This document shows positions 37,209 through 46,723 of a DNA stretch of 64,000 nt, one piece after another. Each line of letters starts with the position of its first letter. The first letter of the stretch is position 1. Both the position numbers and the translations under genes were made by a program. The notes beneath the pieces were generated by a model. The model was given only the letters and a program-made list of their open reading frames with translations, did not search any database and was not told the origin of the DNA. Source of the stretch: Planctomycetota bacterium (GTDB lineage Bacteria; Planctomycetota; SZUA-567; JAFGGJ01); assembly GCA_016930595.1 (NCBI GenBank), contig JAFGGJ010000002.1, forward strand, positions 39,698 through 103,697, given 5' to 3'.

Positions 37209-38270
37209 TTGCTTAAGACGATCGAGTACGCGGGAAATGTGCCGGCGGTGCGGATAATAGACCAGAGGAGACTGCCGGACGAACTGGTCTACCTGGATCT
37301 GAGGACGAAGGAGGAACTCTACGACGCGATCAAGACGCTCGCTGTCCGGGGCGCTCCGGCAATAGGGATAGCCGCGGGATACGGGCTGGCGCGTGAGGCG
37401 GCGGAAAGCGCCCGTTCCGGCGCCGGGGCGGACGAGGTGCGGAGGATACTGCGCGAGACGGGTGAATACCTGGCCCGCAGCAGGCCGACGGCGGTGAACC
37501 TCTTCCACGCGATAGACAGGATAACGGCGGCGGCCGAAAGGAGCACGGCGGGGAGCGGAGAGGAGCTTGCGGCGGAGGTTGCCACGGAAGCCGCAGCGAT
37601 ACATGAAGAGGACCTGGAGGCGTCACGGCGGATGGGGGAATACGGGGCGAATCTTATTGCGGACGGCGCTTCCTGCCTGACTCACTGCAACGCCGGCGGC
37701 CTTGCGACGGGAGGCCTCGGCACGGCGCTGGCAGTCTTCTACGCCGCCGCGGAACAGGGGAAGAAGGTGCGCGTGTACGCAGACGAGACAAGACCGCTGC
37801 TGCAGGGGGCCCGCCTGACGGCGTTCGAGCTGAAAGAAAACGGGATACCCGTCACGGTGATAACCGACAACATGGCGGGGTTCTTGATGAAGCAGGGGAA
37901 GGTGGACGCCGTGTTCGTCGGGGCGGACCGGATAGCGGCGAACGGGGATGCCGCGAACAAGATCGGGACGTACGGCGTGGCAGTGCTGGCAAAACAGCAC
38001 GGGGTGCCGTTCTACGTGGTGGCACCCATCAGCACGTTCGACACGAAGCTGGGCAGCGGGGAGGAGATACCGATAGAAGAGCGGGCCGCCGACGAGGTAA
38101 AGGGATTCCGGGAAATGCGGTGGGCGCCGGAAGGGGTGGAAACCTGGAACCCCGCGTTCGACGTGACTCCGGCCCGCTTCATAACCGCCATAGTGACGGA
38201 AAAGGGTGTTCTGAAAGCTCCGTATGAAGCGGCGATAAGAAACGCCTGCGGTGACAGCGGCGGGAAGTGA
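37209..38270 (+). CDS. mtnA: S-methyl-5-thioribose-1-phosphate isomerase
   Basis: DQRRLP, VRGAPAIG, RPTAVNL, THCNAGGLAT, ETRPLLQGARLT, GADRIA, NKIGTY, NPAFDVTP. Confidence 0.96.
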   Translation: MLKTIEYAGNVPAVRIIDQRRLPDELVYLDLRTKEELYDAIKTLAVRGAPAIGIAAGYGLAREAAESARSGAGADEVRRILRETGEYLARSRPTAVNLFHAIDRITAAAERSTAGSGEELAAEVATEAAAIHEEDLEASRRMGEYGANLIADGASCLTHCNAGGLATGGLGTALAVFYAAAEQGKKVRVYADETRPLLQGARLTAFELKENGIPVTVITDNMAGFLMKQGKVDAVFVGADRIAANGDAANKIGTYGVAVLAKQHGVPFYVVAPISTFDTKLGSGEEIPIEERAADEVKGFREMRWAPEGVETWNPAFDVTPARFITAIVTEKGVLKAPYEAAIRNACGDSGGK

Positions 38271-38287
38271 ACTGGCGCTGATGTAAT

Positions 38288-38339
38288 AAAACGGGATAGG
38301 CCCCGGTTCTTTGGAACCGGGGGCCTGTCCCTATGTTTT
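38288..38339. terminator. bidirectional terminator between convergent genes
   Basis: GGGATAGGCCCCGGTTC-TTTG-GAACCGGGGGCCTGTCCC flanked by AAAA and TTTT. Confidence 0.75.
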
Positions 38340-38353
38340 CGAAGAGGTGAAAA

Positions 38354-38665
38354 TCAGGCAAAAAGCCGGTCGAGCATCATGCCGACGGGTTCGACGACCG
38401 GCATCTGCTCAATGGCACTCGACGCCCCCGACAGGGTGATTGCGAAGCCGATGATGTAGACGACGAAGCCGACTACCCAGATGAGGAAGGCTTTCTTGCA
38501 ATCCTGCCAGTTCATGATGGCGAAAACGAGGGCCACGATACCGACGAGAAGCGAGGCGATGCCCCAGCCTACGCTGGCCTTAAAGGCCTTGATGAGAATC
38601 ATGATCCAGCCGACCAGCATGACGATGGCGCCGGCTATGATCAACAAACCGCCAACTGCTGTCAT
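38354..38665 (-). CDS. small three-TM membrane protein
   Basis: MTAVGGLL...AFKASVGWGIASLL...NWQDCKKAF; AAAGGAG RBS. Confidence 0.75.
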   Translation of the reverse strand: MTAVGGLLIIAGAIVMLVGWIMILIKAFKASVGWGIASLLVGIVALVFAIMNWQDCKKAFLIWVVGFVVYIIGFAITLSGASSAIEQMPVVEPVGMMLDRLFA

Positions 38666-38848
38666 AGGTCTTCTCCTTTCCCCAACGGGGGCAAAACATA
38701 AAGCAACACAACATGTAAGAAGCCATTCTAACAGCGGCGGTTGTCCAGTCAATGAATATGTCCGAAAAATGACAACCCTGATAAATGCCTAAATTTCGGC
38801 GGATAAAAGGACATGGCTCAAGGTGCAGCCCATGTGGAGGGGAACAGG

Positions 38849-39868
38849 CTAGCCAAAGGGGCGGGGAGGGGCGATTGCGAGGCGGGTGGTTTCTATTTCG
38901 TCCGCGGGGGAAACTTCGATAAAGCGCCAGACCTCTTCCGACGGAGGGCGGAAGGCGACCATGGGGACAAGGTCGTCCCTGCGGTGGCGGGAGTAGCGGG
39001 CGGTGATTTCAGCGGCCTTGTAGACGTGTTCTTCGCGGACGTCGCCGCGTATAAGGGTGTCCGGGCCGGTGTCTTCGGCGGTGCGGACGATGACGTCGCC
39101 GTCGCGGGCCAGGGCCATGATGCGCGAGTTGTCCTTTTCGTTGCGGCCGATGACGGCCTTGGTGTCATGGCCGAGCCTGAAGTGACGACCGCACTTGAGC
39201 AGTTCGATGTCGCTGGCGGCAGGGGAATCGGAGTACTGGAGGAGTTCCTTGAAGCGGAGGGAGAAGCCAGGGTCGGTGAGGAGGCAGCCGCCGGCGGGAC
39301 TGGTGAAGCCCGAAATACCGAATTCGGCGGCGAGGTCGAGCTGCGGCCTGCGCGTGCGCCCGCGGAAAGCCATGAGGAGAGAGCGGTCGACGAGCCCGGA
39401 TTTTTCGGGCACGGTTTCGGGGAGGTGGGCGGCGGAGAGCGGGCGGAGGACGAGGCCTTCGACACCGGCATCGCGGTCGATGATGCTCACGGCGTCGGCC
39501 CGCTGGCTCATGGGCCGCTGGCCGATGACTTCGCCGGTGACAATGAAGTCGCAGCGGTGTTCTTTCATGAGCCGGTGCGCGATACGGAGCTGGCAGATGC
39601 GGCAGTCGATGCATGGATTGAGATTCTTGCCGAAACCGTGGCGCGGGCTCCGGACGGATGCGAGGATGGAGGGTGTGAGGTCGTGGAAATGGAGTTCAAC
39701 GCCGGCACAGCGGGCGACGTCGCAGGCCGGGTTGCCGCCGGTATAGGGCTGGAAGATGTGAGAAAAGTGGACGGCGAAGATATCGACGTTCTGGCGCTTC
39801 ATGAGCGCCAGGGCAAGGGCGCTGTCGAGGCCGCCGGAAACAAGCGTAACAGCTCGGGACAAGGGCAC
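38849..39868 (-). CDS. PP-loop tRNA sulfurtransferase, ThiI/MnmA-like (DUF814-type C-terminus)
   Basis: SGGLDS, GKNLNPCIDC, TGEVIGQRPMSQ, PAGGCLLTD, GRHFRL, IGRNE. Confidence 0.85.
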   Translation of the reverse strand: MPLSRAVTLVSGGLDSALALALMKRQNVDIFAVHFSHIFQPYTGGNPACDVARCAGVELHFHDLTPSILASVRSPRHGFGKNLNPCIDCRICQLRIAHRLMKEHRCDFIVTGEVIGQRPMSQRADAVSIIDRDAGVEGLVLRPLSAAHLPETVPEKSGLVDRSLLMAFRGRTRRPQLDLAAEFGISGFTSPAGGCLLTDPGFSLRFKELLQYSDSPAASDIELLKCGRHFRLGHDTKAVIGRNEKDNSRIMALARDGDVIVRTAEDTGPDTLIRGDVREEHVYKAAEITARYSRHRRDDLVPMVAFRPPSEEVWRFIEVSPADEIETTRLAIAPPRPFG

Positions 39869-39880
39869 TCCTTTCGAACT

Positions 39881-40708
39881 TCAGAGGTCCATGGAACCTG
39901 AGCGGAGGCCTTCGAGGTCGACGGTGACATGGGCGTAGCCTGCACCGTGGAGGATGTCCGTAATGCGGCGGCGGAGGGAGACGTTGAGGGGGACGTCGAA
40001 GTAGGAGTCATGGAGTTCGAGGCGCGCGAGCGGCATGGGGCCGGAGAGACTCTGTACCATGTAGTCGCGCACGCGCACACCTTTCGGAAAAAGGGGCCTG
40101 AGGGCGGTTTCCGCGGCTTCGACACGGTCGAGGCGGACGGGCTCGAGCTGTTTGCCGTAGGGGATCCTGGTGGCGAGGCAGGAGAAAGAGGGTTTTTCGG
40201 CGGTGGGAAGGCCGAGATCCCTGGAGAGGCGGCGGACGTCATCGCGCGAGAGGCGCGCGTCGGCGAGAGGAGATACGATGCCGAGTTCATGGGCGGCCTT
40301 GAGCCCCGGGCGCGGAGCGGAGACGTCGTCGGCGTTGGAGCCGTCGGCGACGGTCTTGAAGCCTGCCAGGCGCGCTTCGGCTATGATGGCCGACAGAACG
40401 GCCTTCTTGCAGTAATAGCAGCGGTCAGGGGGGTTGCAGGAAATTTCGGTGATATCGTTGACGGCGACGTTGACGACGGCCTGGGAGACGTGGAGGGATT
40501 CGGCGATTTCGACGGCTTCTTCGATTTCGACCTGCGGGACGAAGGCGGTCTTGACGGTGACGAGGAGCACGTTGTCCTTGCCGAGGACGTTAACGGCGAC
40601 GGCGGCCAGGAGGGTGCTGTCCACGCCGCCGGAGAAGGCGACGGCCAGTTTGTCGAAGGAAGAGAGGGAATGTTTCAGCGAGGAGTACTTGCGGGAAAGA
40701 TCATCCAT
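39881..40708 (-). CDS. larE: LarE-family ATP-dependent sulfur transferase
   Basis: AFSGGVDS, NPPDRCYYCK, DGSNADD..RPG, KPSFSCLATRIPYG, GLRSGSM. Confidence 0.9.
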   Translation of the reverse strand: MDDLSRKYSSLKHSLSSFDKLAVAFSGGVDSTLLAAVAVNVLGKDNVLLVTVKTAFVPQVEIEEAVEIAESLHVSQAVVNVAVNDITEISCNPPDRCYYCKKAVLSAIIAEARLAGFKTVADGSNADDVSAPRPGLKAAHELGIVSPLADARLSRDDVRRLSRDLGLPTAEKPSFSCLATRIPYGKQLEPVRLDRVEAAETALRPLFPKGVRVRDYMVQSLSGPMPLARLELHDSYFDVPLNVSLRRRITDILHGAGYAHVTVDLEGLRSGSMDL

Positions 40709-40718
40709 GGCGGGTTCC

Positions 40719-41174
40719 TTAGATATGGAAAGGAAAACGATGCTCAGGCGTGGGACCCGTACGGCGGCCCTTGTGCGTGAGATCGAGCAGGGTAACGGAA
40801 GAGAGGTGCTGTCGGAGGGCCTGTTCAAGGCCGTCCCAGAGGAAGCGTGCGGAACATTCGGACGCCCTGGGGCAGGGAGGCGACGAGGACACGGAAGGAG
40901 AACAGGGGGCGAGAGCGAAGTCCTCGACTTCGCGCACGATGTCCCAGGCGGAGACGAGGGCCGGATCCCTGGCGAGACGGCAGCCGCCGCCGGCGCCCCT
41001 GCGCAGTTCGACGAAACCTGCGGAACGGAGTCTGCGGAGAATATTGTCGACGTATTGGGGGCTGAGTCCCTGGCCGCCGGCGATATCGGCCAGGGGCGTC
41101 ATGCCCATGCCGTAACGCCTTGCGAGTTCGACAAGGACGCGCACCGCGTAGCGGCTCCTGGTGGAGAGTTTCAC
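40719..41174 (-). CDS. Rrf2 family (IscR/CymR-like) transcriptional regulator
   Basis: KLSTRSRYAVR, LADIA, RGAGGG, three Cys (APC...CPRASEC), W..L; GTG start overlaps the upstream stop. Confidence 0.88.
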   Translation of the reverse strand: MKLSTRSRYAVRVLVELARRYGMGMTPLADIAGGQGLSPQYVDNILRRLRSAGFVELRRGAGGGCRLARDPALVSAWDIVREVEDFALAPCSPSVSSSPPCPRASECSARFLWDGLEQALRQHLSSVTLLDLTHKGRRTGPTPEHRFPFHI

Positions 41175-41575
41175 GCCGAATGCTCCATGGCGTCGAACGA
41201 GCAGGCAAGGATGCACGCCTGGCAGAGGACGCACTGTTCGCGGTTGAAAACGATTTGAAAGTCCTGGTCGACGGCGAGTGCCCCGGAAGGACATACCCCG
41301 ACGCAGGCGCCGCAATGGACGCAGCGGTCTTCGTTCTTGCGGATTTCGTGGGAGAGGGCGTCGATTTCGATGTGCTGGCCCTTGAGGTACTGGAGGCCTT
41401 TCTGGATATCGTTGCGCGTGCCGGTGAGTTCGATGAGGGCCCTGCCGTGCTCGTTGGGTTCGATGCGGGCCTGGAGGATGTTGACGACGAGATCGAATTC
41501 CTTGACCAGGCGGTAGATGATGGCGTCCCTGGCCTGTTCCGGGGGGAAGTGGAGGTGGACTGTTTTCTTGATCAC
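41171..41575 (-). CDS. NIL domain plus 2x[4Fe-4S] ferredoxin (partner of the DUF39 enzyme)
   Basis: IIYRLVKEFDLVVNILQARI; CVHCGACVGVCP; CVLCQACILAC. Confidence 0.9.
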   Translation of the reverse strand: MIKKTVHLHFPPEQARDAIIYRLVKEFDLVVNILQARIEPNEHGRALIELTGTRNDIQKGLQYLKGQHIEIDALSHEIRKNEDRCVHCGACVGVCPSGALAVDQDFQIVFNREQCVLCQACILACSFDAMEHSA

Positions 41576-41589
41576 GGGAAACCTCCGTC

Positions 41590-42816
41590 CTAATGCGCCT
41601 TGAGTTTGAGCGGGGAGAATTCCGGGGCGTCGGGGTCGTCCGGACCCGGGATCGGCGCGACGGGTTCCGACAGGAGGAATCGGCCGGAGGAGATCCAGTC
41701 CTTGAGGATGAGAGCTATATCGCGTGCCTTCCGGTAACTCGACAGCGAAGCGGTGACGACCTTCTTGCCTTCAACGGTTATGGAGCCCGAGCGGAGCGAG
41801 GCGTAGTCAACGGAGCCGAGAGTGCGCGCCACGGCGTTGGGATAGTCCCGGGAATAATCGACGATGGGCGCGGTGATATCGGAATCGCGGACGGCGGTGA
41901 AGGCGGCAATTTCCGGGGAGAGCACAGGTATGGGCAGTCCGAAGCCGACGGCGAGACTGGTGCCGTAGCCCGTGACGCTGGCGCCGCGCAGGAATTCCGG
42001 GGACATGTGCTTGAGATCGCCGATGAGCGCAAGGGTGCCGGCGCCGCCCAGGGGAATACCCTTGGCGCTGCGCGGAGTTCTGGGGGCGTGCTGGGTGCCG
42101 TGCCAGATGACGTAACCCTGCGCTCCCCCGAGAAAGACCCTCGTGCCGATGCCCACCGTCCTGTAGTAAGGGTCGTTGAGCAGTGGGGAAAGCTGGCCGG
42201 CGGAGGAGTAATTGGCGTTGGCGATCCTGGGCAGAAGCATGCCCATGTAGGTGTAAATGGTGCGGTCGCCGACGTTAACGGCGACGTTGTAGTTCTGGTA
42301 GCTGTTCCTGGGGTTGAGGAGGAGGGCCTGGTTGAGATCGGAGAGCTTGATATAGCCGTGGGCTTCTTTGGCGGGATAACAGTCGGTGCCGTAGCCTGAG
42401 GCGCGGAATTCGACGCGCCGGCCCGCGACGAGGTCTTCGATAACGTGGCCTCCACCGTAGCGGAATTCGCCCGGGTAGATCCTGTTGGCGGGGTCGTCTT
42501 CCTGGAGTTCGGCTGCGCCGATGTACAGGTCCACGGCGGCGAGGCCGCAGTAGGCTGGTACGCCGTTGAGGGAGGCTTTGTTCATCTTGATCTTGGGCTT
42601 GGTGTGGCCGGTGTTGAGCATGGCGCCGGACGAGCACATGATGCCAAAGGTTCCGGTGGTGACGACGTCGACGGAACGGGCGGCTTTTTCCGGGCCGTCT
42701 TCCTGTACGATGTCGATGATTTCTTCGGCGGTGACGACAACGGCTTTGCCGGAGGCGATGCGTTCGTTGATTTCCTTGAACGACTTGACCGGTCCGCAGT
42801 CTTTCTTGACCGTCAT
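41590..42816 (-). CDS. DUF39 homocysteine biosynthesis enzyme (L-aspartate semialdehyde sulfurtransferase), no CBS domains
   Basis: EINERI..GKAVV.TAEE, DVVTTGTFGIMCSSGA, YGGGHVIEDL, GTDCYP, NPRNSYQNY, SPLLNDP. Confidence 0.9.
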   Translation of the reverse strand: MTVKKDCGPVKSFKEINERIASGKAVVVTAEEIIDIVQEDGPEKAARSVDVVTTGTFGIMCSSGAMLNTGHTKPKIKMNKASLNGVPAYCGLAAVDLYIGAAELQEDDPANRIYPGEFRYGGGHVIEDLVAGRRVEFRASGYGTDCYPAKEAHGYIKLSDLNQALLLNPRNSYQNYNVAVNVGDRTIYTYMGMLLPRIANANYSSAGQLSPLLNDPYYRTVGIGTRVFLGGAQGYVIWHGTQHAPRTPRSAKGIPLGGAGTLALIGDLKHMSPEFLRGASVTGYGTSLAVGFGLPIPVLSPEIAAFTAVRDSDITAPIVDYSRDYPNAVARTLGSVDYASLRSGSITVEGKKVVTASLSSYRKARDIALILKDWISSGRFLLSEPVAPIPGPDDPDAPEFSPLKLKAH

Positions 42817-42891
42817 GGCAGATCCTTTCGAGTTGCGGCAACGTCGCGGCATGAAGATATCCAGGGGAACGTGAGGAAGGCGATCATGGGA

Positions 42892-43827
42892 TCAGTGCTC
42901 CGGGGAGGGGAAAAGGTCCGTGGAAAGGTAGCGTTCGCCCCAGTCGCAGGCGACGGTGACGACATTGCGGCCGGGCTTGAGCGAAGAGGCGACCTTGAGA
43001 GCGGCCCAGACGTTCGCACCGGAAGAAAAGCCGCAGAACACGGCTTCTTCGCGGGCCAGCAGCCGGGCGGTGTGGACGGCGTCGGCCTGCGTAACCGGCA
43101 TGACGTCGTCCACCAGGGACATGTCGAGGACGTCAGGGACGAAACCGGCGCCGATGCCCTGGAGACCGTGGGGACCGGGCTCTCCCCCGGAAAGGACCGG
43201 GCTGTCGGCCGGCTCGACGGCGATGATTTTTGCGGAGGAGCGCTTTTCCCTGAGAAACCTGGCGACGCCGGCAAGCGTGCCGCCGGTGCCCACGCCCGCC
43301 ACGAAAGCATCCACTTGCCCGTCCGTATCGTGCCAGATTTCGCGCGCGGTGGTGCGGTAATGAATGTCGGGATTGGCTGGATTGCTGAACTGCTGGGGGA
43401 GGAAAGCAGCGGTTTCGCCGGCGATCCTGGAGGCGAGAGCAATGGCTCCGGCCATGCCTTCTTCGCCGGCGGAGAGGGCAATTTCGGCGCCGAGTGCGGA
43501 GAGTATTCTGCGGCGTTCAAGGGACATGGTGGACGGCATGGTGAGTATGAGCTTGTAGCCGCGCACGGCGGCGACCATGGCCAGGCCGATGCCCGTGTTG
43601 CCGGAGGTGGGTTCGACAATGGTGCCGCCCGGCTTGAGCGCACCGGATTTTTCAGCGGCGTCTATCATGGCGAGGGCAATGCGGTCCTTGATGCTGGCCA
43701 TGGGGTTCATGTATTCGAGCTTGACAAGGACGTCTGCAGAGGAGGGGCTATTGAGCCTGTTGAGGCGGACGATGGGGGTGGCGCCGATAAGGTCGAGCAC
43801 GGAGGGATTGATTTTATGCGATGGCAT
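42892..43827 (-). CDS. cysK: cysteine synthase A
   Basis: NPMASIKDR, EPTSGNTG, QQFSNPAN, GVGTGGT, QGIGAGF, GERYLST. Confidence 0.96.
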   Translation of the reverse strand: MPSHKINPSVLDLIGATPIVRLNRLNSPSSADVLVKLEYMNPMASIKDRIALAMIDAAEKSGALKPGGTIVEPTSGNTGIGLAMVAAVRGYKLILTMPSTMSLERRRILSALGAEIALSAGEEGMAGAIALASRIAGETAAFLPQQFSNPANPDIHYRTTAREIWHDTDGQVDAFVAGVGTGGTLAGVARFLREKRSSAKIIAVEPADSPVLSGGEPGPHGLQGIGAGFVPDVLDMSLVDDVMPVTQADAVHTARLLAREEAVFCGFSSGANVWAALKVASSLKPGRNVVTVACDWGERYLSTDLFPSPEH

Positions 43828-43865
43828 TGAAAACTCCCGCGCTTGGCTATTTGTTCACGCAAAAC

Positions 43866-43893
43866 AGTATAACACAATCACGGAAGTTGTCAA
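43866..43893 (-). promoter_or_regulatory. sigma70 promoter of the sulfur operon
   Basis: Minus strand TTGACA-16 nt-TATACT with extended -10 TG. Confidence 0.7.
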
Positions 43894-43905
43894 TGCCCGC
43901 ACAAG

Positions 43906-43935
43906 GAAAAATCCCCGGCACGGAAAAACCGGGGA
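43906..43935 (-). terminator. intrinsic terminator after iolB
   Basis: Minus strand TCCCCGG-loop-CCGGGGA followed by TTTTT. Confidence 0.6.
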
Positions 43936-43957
43936 CGGAAAAGCGATTCAAGCGGGA

Positions 43958-44770
43958 TCAGAGGCACTTGATGATGTTTTCGGCGCCTTTTATCCACGCG
44001 TGCTCGGGGTCGTCGAACGGCTGGAGGACGCGGCCCGTGCCGGCGAGTATCCAGAGGTAGTAGAGTTGGTAGCCGGGGGCGGCGGCGACGGGGTGGTAGC
44101 CGCGCGGCATGATGGTGGTGTCGCAGTCCTGGAGGACGAAGACTTCGTCCATGCTGCGGTCGTCAGTGTAGATGCGCTGAAAGCCGAAGCCCTGGGAGGG
44201 CTTGAGGCGGAAGTGGTAGACTTCTTCCATGTTCACTTCGAGCGGGAGCCTGTCTTCGTCATGGCGGTGCGGGGGGAAGCTGGACCAGTTGCCGGGGGGG
44301 TTGAAAGTCTCGCCCAGGACTATCCGGCTGGCCGGGGTGCGGAGGTCGATGATATCGTGGACCTGGCGCCGCCAGTTATGAGCGCCCACGGTCTTGACTT
44401 TGACGTCGTCAGGAAGGATGAGGCGGACGTCGCCGTCGCCGGCCGCGGCGACACGGCACACGGCAGTTTCCGCTGGCAGCCCGGTGCCTTTTATTTCGAA
44501 GGAGCTGTTCCTGGGCACGAAGACGGCGCTGGCCTTGCCGCTGAAGACGTCGGGGCGTGAGCCGATGTTCTTCATTTCTATGTCGTCGGCCTTGATATCA
44601 ACGGTGCCGGAGAGTACGACAAGGGCGACTTCATTTTCGCCGGTCTTTTCGGCGAGGCTGCCGGAGCCGTCCGTCCTGAAGACGGCGAGGGAGATGTATT
44701 CGAGGTCGCCGTCGCCCGGGGCGCATATTTCGGTAAGGCCGTCGGGGAGGTCTTTGCGGACAAGGTACAT
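43958..44770 (-). CDS. iolB: 5-deoxy-glucuronate isomerase
   Basis: GETFNPPGNWSSFPPHRHD, EEVYHF, GFGFQRIYT, PRGYHPV, YYLWILAG; true start is MYLVRKD, not the 754-aa ORF start. Confidence 0.92.
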   Translation of the reverse strand: MYLVRKDLPDGLTEICAPGDGDLEYISLAVFRTDGSGSLAEKTGENEVALVVLSGTVDIKADDIEMKNIGSRPDVFSGKASAVFVPRNSSFEIKGTGLPAETAVCRVAAAGDGDVRLILPDDVKVKTVGAHNWRRQVHDIIDLRTPASRIVLGETFNPPGNWSSFPPHRHDEDRLPLEVNMEEVYHFRLKPSQGFGFQRIYTDDRSMDEVFVLQDCDTTIMPRGYHPVAAAPGYQLYYLWILAGTGRVLQPFDDPEHAWIKGAENIIKCL

Positions 44771-44968
44771 GGGGCGGCTCCTTTCGTTCAGCGGCCGGGA
44801 AGGTGCATTATAACAGGGGCGTCCCGGTCGGCAAAGGCACGGCGAAGAAGTGAGGAATCCGGGGGCTTGACATCTCCGAAGGCATGTTACACTATATAGA
44901 TGATAGCGCCGGGCAACGCAATAAACAGCCACGGTCAGGCGGCGTCCCGCTGTTCGAGAGGTGCAACC

Positions 44969-45424
44969 ATGAAATTGAGCGATCATCTGTCTGAGAGTCT
45001 TGTCATCGCGGAGATGCAGAGCAGCACAAAGGACGAGGCGATCCGGGAACTTGCACGGCTGCTGGACGGGAACGACAGGGTGCTGGATTTCGATCGGTAC
45101 GTGAAGGACGTTTTCGACCGGGAGAAGGAGGGTTCGACGGGAATCGGGCGGGGAGCGGCCATACCGCACGCACGCACGGACGCACTGAGGAATTTCGTGG
45201 TGGCCGTGGGGAGGTCGAAGAAGGGCGTAGACTTCGACGCAATAGACGGAAAGCCTGTGAAGGTGGTTATCCTGATGGGTACGCCCAAGGAAAAGGTGCG
45301 TTCGTACCTGGTGTTTCTTGCACACGTGAGCCACCTGATCAAAAAGCAGGGATTTCTGGAATCCATCCTGGCCGCTGCGGATGCGAAGACGATCGTGGAG
45401 CTCTTCCGGGAGCAGGAAAACTGA
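44969..45424 (+). CDS. PTS EIIA component (Fru/Ntr family)
   Basis: REKEGSTGIGRGAAIPHAR (phospho-His), GVDFDAIDGKPV. Confidence 0.92.
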   Translation: MKLSDHLSESLVIAEMQSSTKDEAIRELARLLDGNDRVLDFDRYVKDVFDREKEGSTGIGRGAAIPHARTDALRNFVVAVGRSKKGVDFDAIDGKPVKVVILMGTPKEKVRSYLVFLAHVSHLIKKQGFLESILAAADAKTIVELFREQEN

Positions 45425-45457
45425 CCGGGGGCAGCCCCGGACACCATTGAGGCGGAC

Positions 45458-46723
45458 ATGTGGCACGAGATTCTGAATTTCTTTCATGAAACGCAGAACT
45501 GGCTTCTCGTAGGCCTGGTTCTGCTCGTCGGGTACGGAGCGGGCAAACTCGCCAAGCTGGCCAGGCTGCCTTCGGTGATAGGGTACCTGGTGACCGGGGT
45601 GGTGCTGGGCGGATCGCTGATGGACGTCATAGACCTGCACACGAGCGAGCAGCTCGGGCTGATAACGGATTTCGGGCTTGCGATTGTGGCGTTCATGATA
45701 GGCACGGAACTTTCCCGCAAGATACTGCAGCGGATAGGGAAGGAACTGGTATCGACCCTGCTGTTCGAGGCGTTCGGGGCGGTGATATTGACGTTCGCGG
45801 CATGCGTGCTGCTGGCCGGAATGATACTGCCGGATGGGATGAAGGTAATGCCCGTGGCGCTGATATTCGGGGCGCTTGCCGCCGCCACAGCGCCAGCGGG
45901 AACGGTGGCAGTGATACAGGAGTACCGGGCGCGCGGGCCCATAACGAAAATGCTGCTGGCGATAGTGGGGCTGGATGACGGTCTTGCGATCATGACTTAT
46001 GCGTTCACCGTTGCGGCGGCCAAGATGCTGCTGGGCGGCAAGCTGTCGTTCGGAGGCGTGGTTACGGGGCCCATAGTGGAGATAGTGGGGGCATTGGTCC
46101 TGGGGACGGTGGGGGGGATGTTCCTGACAGCGATAATAAGTCGGGTGAAGTCGAGAGGAGAATTGCTGGTCATTACGCTGGGGACGGTATTCCTTGTGAC
46201 GGGCCTTGCGAACATAATGCACCTGTCGCTGATACTGGCGAACCTGGCGGTGGGGACGACGTTGACGAACATATCATCGAGGGAGACGGAACGTTCGTAC
46301 GGGGTGGTGGAGCAGATATCGCTGCCCGTGTATATATTGTTCTTCGTGGTTGCGGGAGCTCACCTGGACCTGCGGGTGCTGGCGGCGACGGGGCTGATGG
46401 TTCCGGTCTACATAGTGGGCAGAAGCGCCGGGAAGATATCCGGGGCCTACGCCGGAACGACCATCGGGGGGTCGAACGCCACGATGCGCAAAAACCTGGG
46501 TCTTGGGCTGCTGTCGCAGGCGGGGGTGGCGGTCGGGCTGTCGCTGATGGTGTCGCGGGACCTGGCTGAATTCGGAGAGGCCGGGCGCGCTATAGGGCTG
46601 GTCGTGATAAACACGATTGCGGCGACGACGATATTTTTCGAAATAGTGGGACCGATATTCACGAAGATAGCGCTTGACAAGGGCGGGGAGATAAACGCCG
46701 CGAACCCGACGGGAGAGACATGA
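45458..46723 (+). CDS. cation:proton antiporter, copy 1
   Basis: About 12 TM segments; LPSVIGYL, ATAPAGT, VGLDD, FFVVAGAHL, GRSAGK, SQAGVAVGL, FEIVGP. Confidence 0.9.
   Translation: MWHEILNFFHETQNWLLVGLVLLVGYGAGKLAKLARLPSVIGYLVTGVVLGGSLMDVIDLHTSEQLGLITDFGLAIVAFMIGTELSRKILQRIGKELVSTLLFEAFGAVILTFAACVLLAGMILPDGMKVMPVALIFGALAAATAPAGTVAVIQEYRARGPITKMLLAIVGLDDGLAIMTYAFTVAAAKMLLGGKLSFGGVVTGPIVEIVGALVLGTVGGMFLTAIISRVKSRGELLVITLGTVFLVTGLANIMHLSLILANLAVGTTLTNISSRETERSYGVVEQISLPVYILFFVVAGAHLDLRVLAATGLMVPVYIVGRSAGKISGAYAGTTIGGSNATMRKNLGLGLLSQAGVAVGLSLMVSRDLAEFGEAGRAIGLVVINTIAATTIFFEIVGPIFTKIALDKGGEINAANPTGET

Noticed and set aside
44867-44893. Promoter TTGACA...TACACT upstream of EIIA
   Set aside because: The spacer is only 15 nt; plausible as an extended -10 promoter but not supported well enough to list.
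43958-46222. 754-aa minus-strand ORF suggesting a giant IolB fusion
   Set aside because: Only the last 270 aa are IolB. The rest is the antisense shadow of the EIIA and antiporter genes, and a GGAG RBS precedes MYLVRKD.
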